Source: Eledone cirrhosa (Eukaryota). From it: a stretch of DNA of 64,000 bases. The notes beneath the pieces are model-generated. The model was not told the DNA's origin. It did no database searches and saw nothing but the letters and a program-made list of their open reading frames with translations. Positions 62,001-64,000 of this stretch are shown one piece after another. The stretch covers positions 558,001 to 622,000 of the forward strand of contig OZ024745.1 of the NCBI GenBank assembly GCA_964016885.1. The letters are read 5' to 3'. Position 1 is the first letter of the stretch. Each line of letters opens with the position of its first letter. Both the position numbers and the translations under genes were made by a program.

Positions 62001-64000
62001 TTTAGAATAGGTACACTGTATCCCTGTATGTCATAATACCATGTATATCTAGTATAGAATAGGTATATTGTATCCCTGTATGTTGTAATACCATATATAT
62101 CTAATTTACAATAGGTACACTGTATACCTGTATGTTGTAATACCATGTATATCTAGTTTAGAATAGGTACACTGTATCCCTGTATGTTGTAATACCATAT
62201 ATATCTAGTTTAGAATAGTTACACTGTATCCCTGTATGTTGTAAGACCATATATATCTAGTTTAGAATAGGTACACTGTATCCCTGTATGTTGTAATACC
62301 ATATATATCTAGTTTAGAATAGGTACACTGTATCCCTGTATGTCATAAGACCATGTATATCTAGTTTAGAATAGGTACACTGTATCCCTGTATGTTGTAA
62401 TACCATGTATATCTAGTTTAGAATAGGTACACTGTATCTCTGTATGTTGTAATACCATGTATATCAAGTTTAGAATAGGTACACTGTATCCCTGTATGTC
62501 ATAATACCATGTATATCTAGTATAGAATAGGTATATTGTATCCCTGTATGTTGTAATACCATATATATCTAATTTACAATAGGTACACTGTATCCCTGTA
62601 TGTTGTAATACCATGTATATCTAGTTTAGAATAGGTACACTGTATCTCTGTATGTTGTAATACCATGTATATCAAGTTTAGAATAGGTACACTGTATCCC
62701 TGTATATCATAATACCATGTATATCTAGTTTAGAATAGGTACACTGTATCCCTGTATGTTGTAATACCATGTATATCTAGGTTAGAATAGGTACACTGTA
62801 TCCCTGTATGTCATAATACCATGTATATCTAGTTTAGAATAGGTACGCTGTATCCCTGTATGTTGTAATACCATGTATATCTAGTTTAGAATGGGTACAC
62901 TGTATCCCTGTATGTTGTGATACCATGTATATCTAGTTTAGAATAGGTACACTGTATCCCTGTATGTTGTAATACCATGTATATCTAGTTTAGAATAGGT
63001 ACACTGTATCCCTGTATGTCATAATACCATGTATATCTAGTTTAGAATAGGTACACTGTATCCCTGTATGTCATAATACCATATATATCTAGTTTAGAAT
63101 AGGTACACTGTATCCCTGTATGTTGTAAGACCATGCATATCTAGTTTAGAATAGGTACACTGTATCCCTGTATGTTGTAAGACCATGTATATCTAGTTTA
63201 GAATAGGTACACTGTATCCCTCTATGTTCTAATACCATATATATCTAGTGTAGAATAGGTACACTGTATCCCTGCATGTTGTAATACCATATATATCTAG
63301 TTTAGAATAGGTACACTGTATCCCTGTATGTTGAAATACCATGTATATCTAGTTTAGAATAGGTACACGGTATCTCTGTATGTTGTAATACCATGTATAT
63401 CTAGTTTAGAATAGGTACACTGTATCCCTGTATGTTGTAATACCATGTATATCTAGTTTAGAAGAGGTACACTGTATCCCTGTATGTCACAATACCATGT
63501 ATATCTAGTTTAGAATAGGTACACTGTATCCCTGTATGTTAGAATAGGTACACTGTATTCCTGTATGTCATAATACCATGTATATCAAGTTTAAAATAGG
63601 TACACTGTATCCCTGTATGTTGTAATACCATATATATCTAGTTTAGAATAGGTACACTGTATCCCTGTATGTTGTAATACCATATATATCTAGTTTAGAA
63701 TAGGTACACTGTATCCCTGTATGTTGTAATACCATGTATATCTAGTTTAAAATAGGTACACTGTATCCCTGTATGTTGTAATACCATGTATATCTAGTTT
63801 AGAATAGGTACACTGTATCCCTGTATGTTGTAAGACCATATATATCTATTTTAGAATAGGTACACTGTATCCCTGTATGCATAATACCATGTATATCTAG
63901 TTTAGAATAGGTACACTGTATCCCTGTATGTCATAATACCATGTATATCTAGTTTAGAATAGGTACATTGTATCCCTGTATGTTGTAATACCATATATAT
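50100..64000. repeat. 52-bp satellite (ACCATGTATATCTAGTTTAGAATAGGTACACTGTATCCCTGTATGTTGTAAT)n, >260 units, runs off the window end
   Basis: Direct reading; period 52 (50153 to 50205). Confidence 0.98.

Noticed and set aside
44860-64000. CRISPR-like arrays
   Set aside because: Units are head-to-tail with no unique spacers; no cas genes; eukaryotic context

Overview
Repeat-dominated, AT-rich eukaryotic DNA. The SINE, RTE-LINE and microsatellite content resembles an octopus/cephalopod genome; this is my inference and was not checked. About 55% of the window is tandem repeat (35, 30, 12, ~39, ~30, 49, 67 and 52 bp units), and most long ORFs in the track are artefacts of these arrays. The main element is a very young ~10.5 kb Penelope-like retroelement insertion (30137-40620, Naiad-like RT + C-terminal GIY-YIG). 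It is built as an inverted full-ORF copy, a 5'-truncated copy and a full 3.9 kb unit, each carrying a type I hammerhead ribozyme, embedded in (AT)n microsatellite. The window also has a decayed hAT/Buster DNA transposon with readable TIRs and an 8-bp TSD (11173-15836) containing nested insertions. There is a 7.7 kb multiply fold-back satellite/SINE structure (18877-26560), a probable first exon and promoter of a minus-strand host gene (~44250-44640), and a 52-bp satellite with nascent higher-order repeats.
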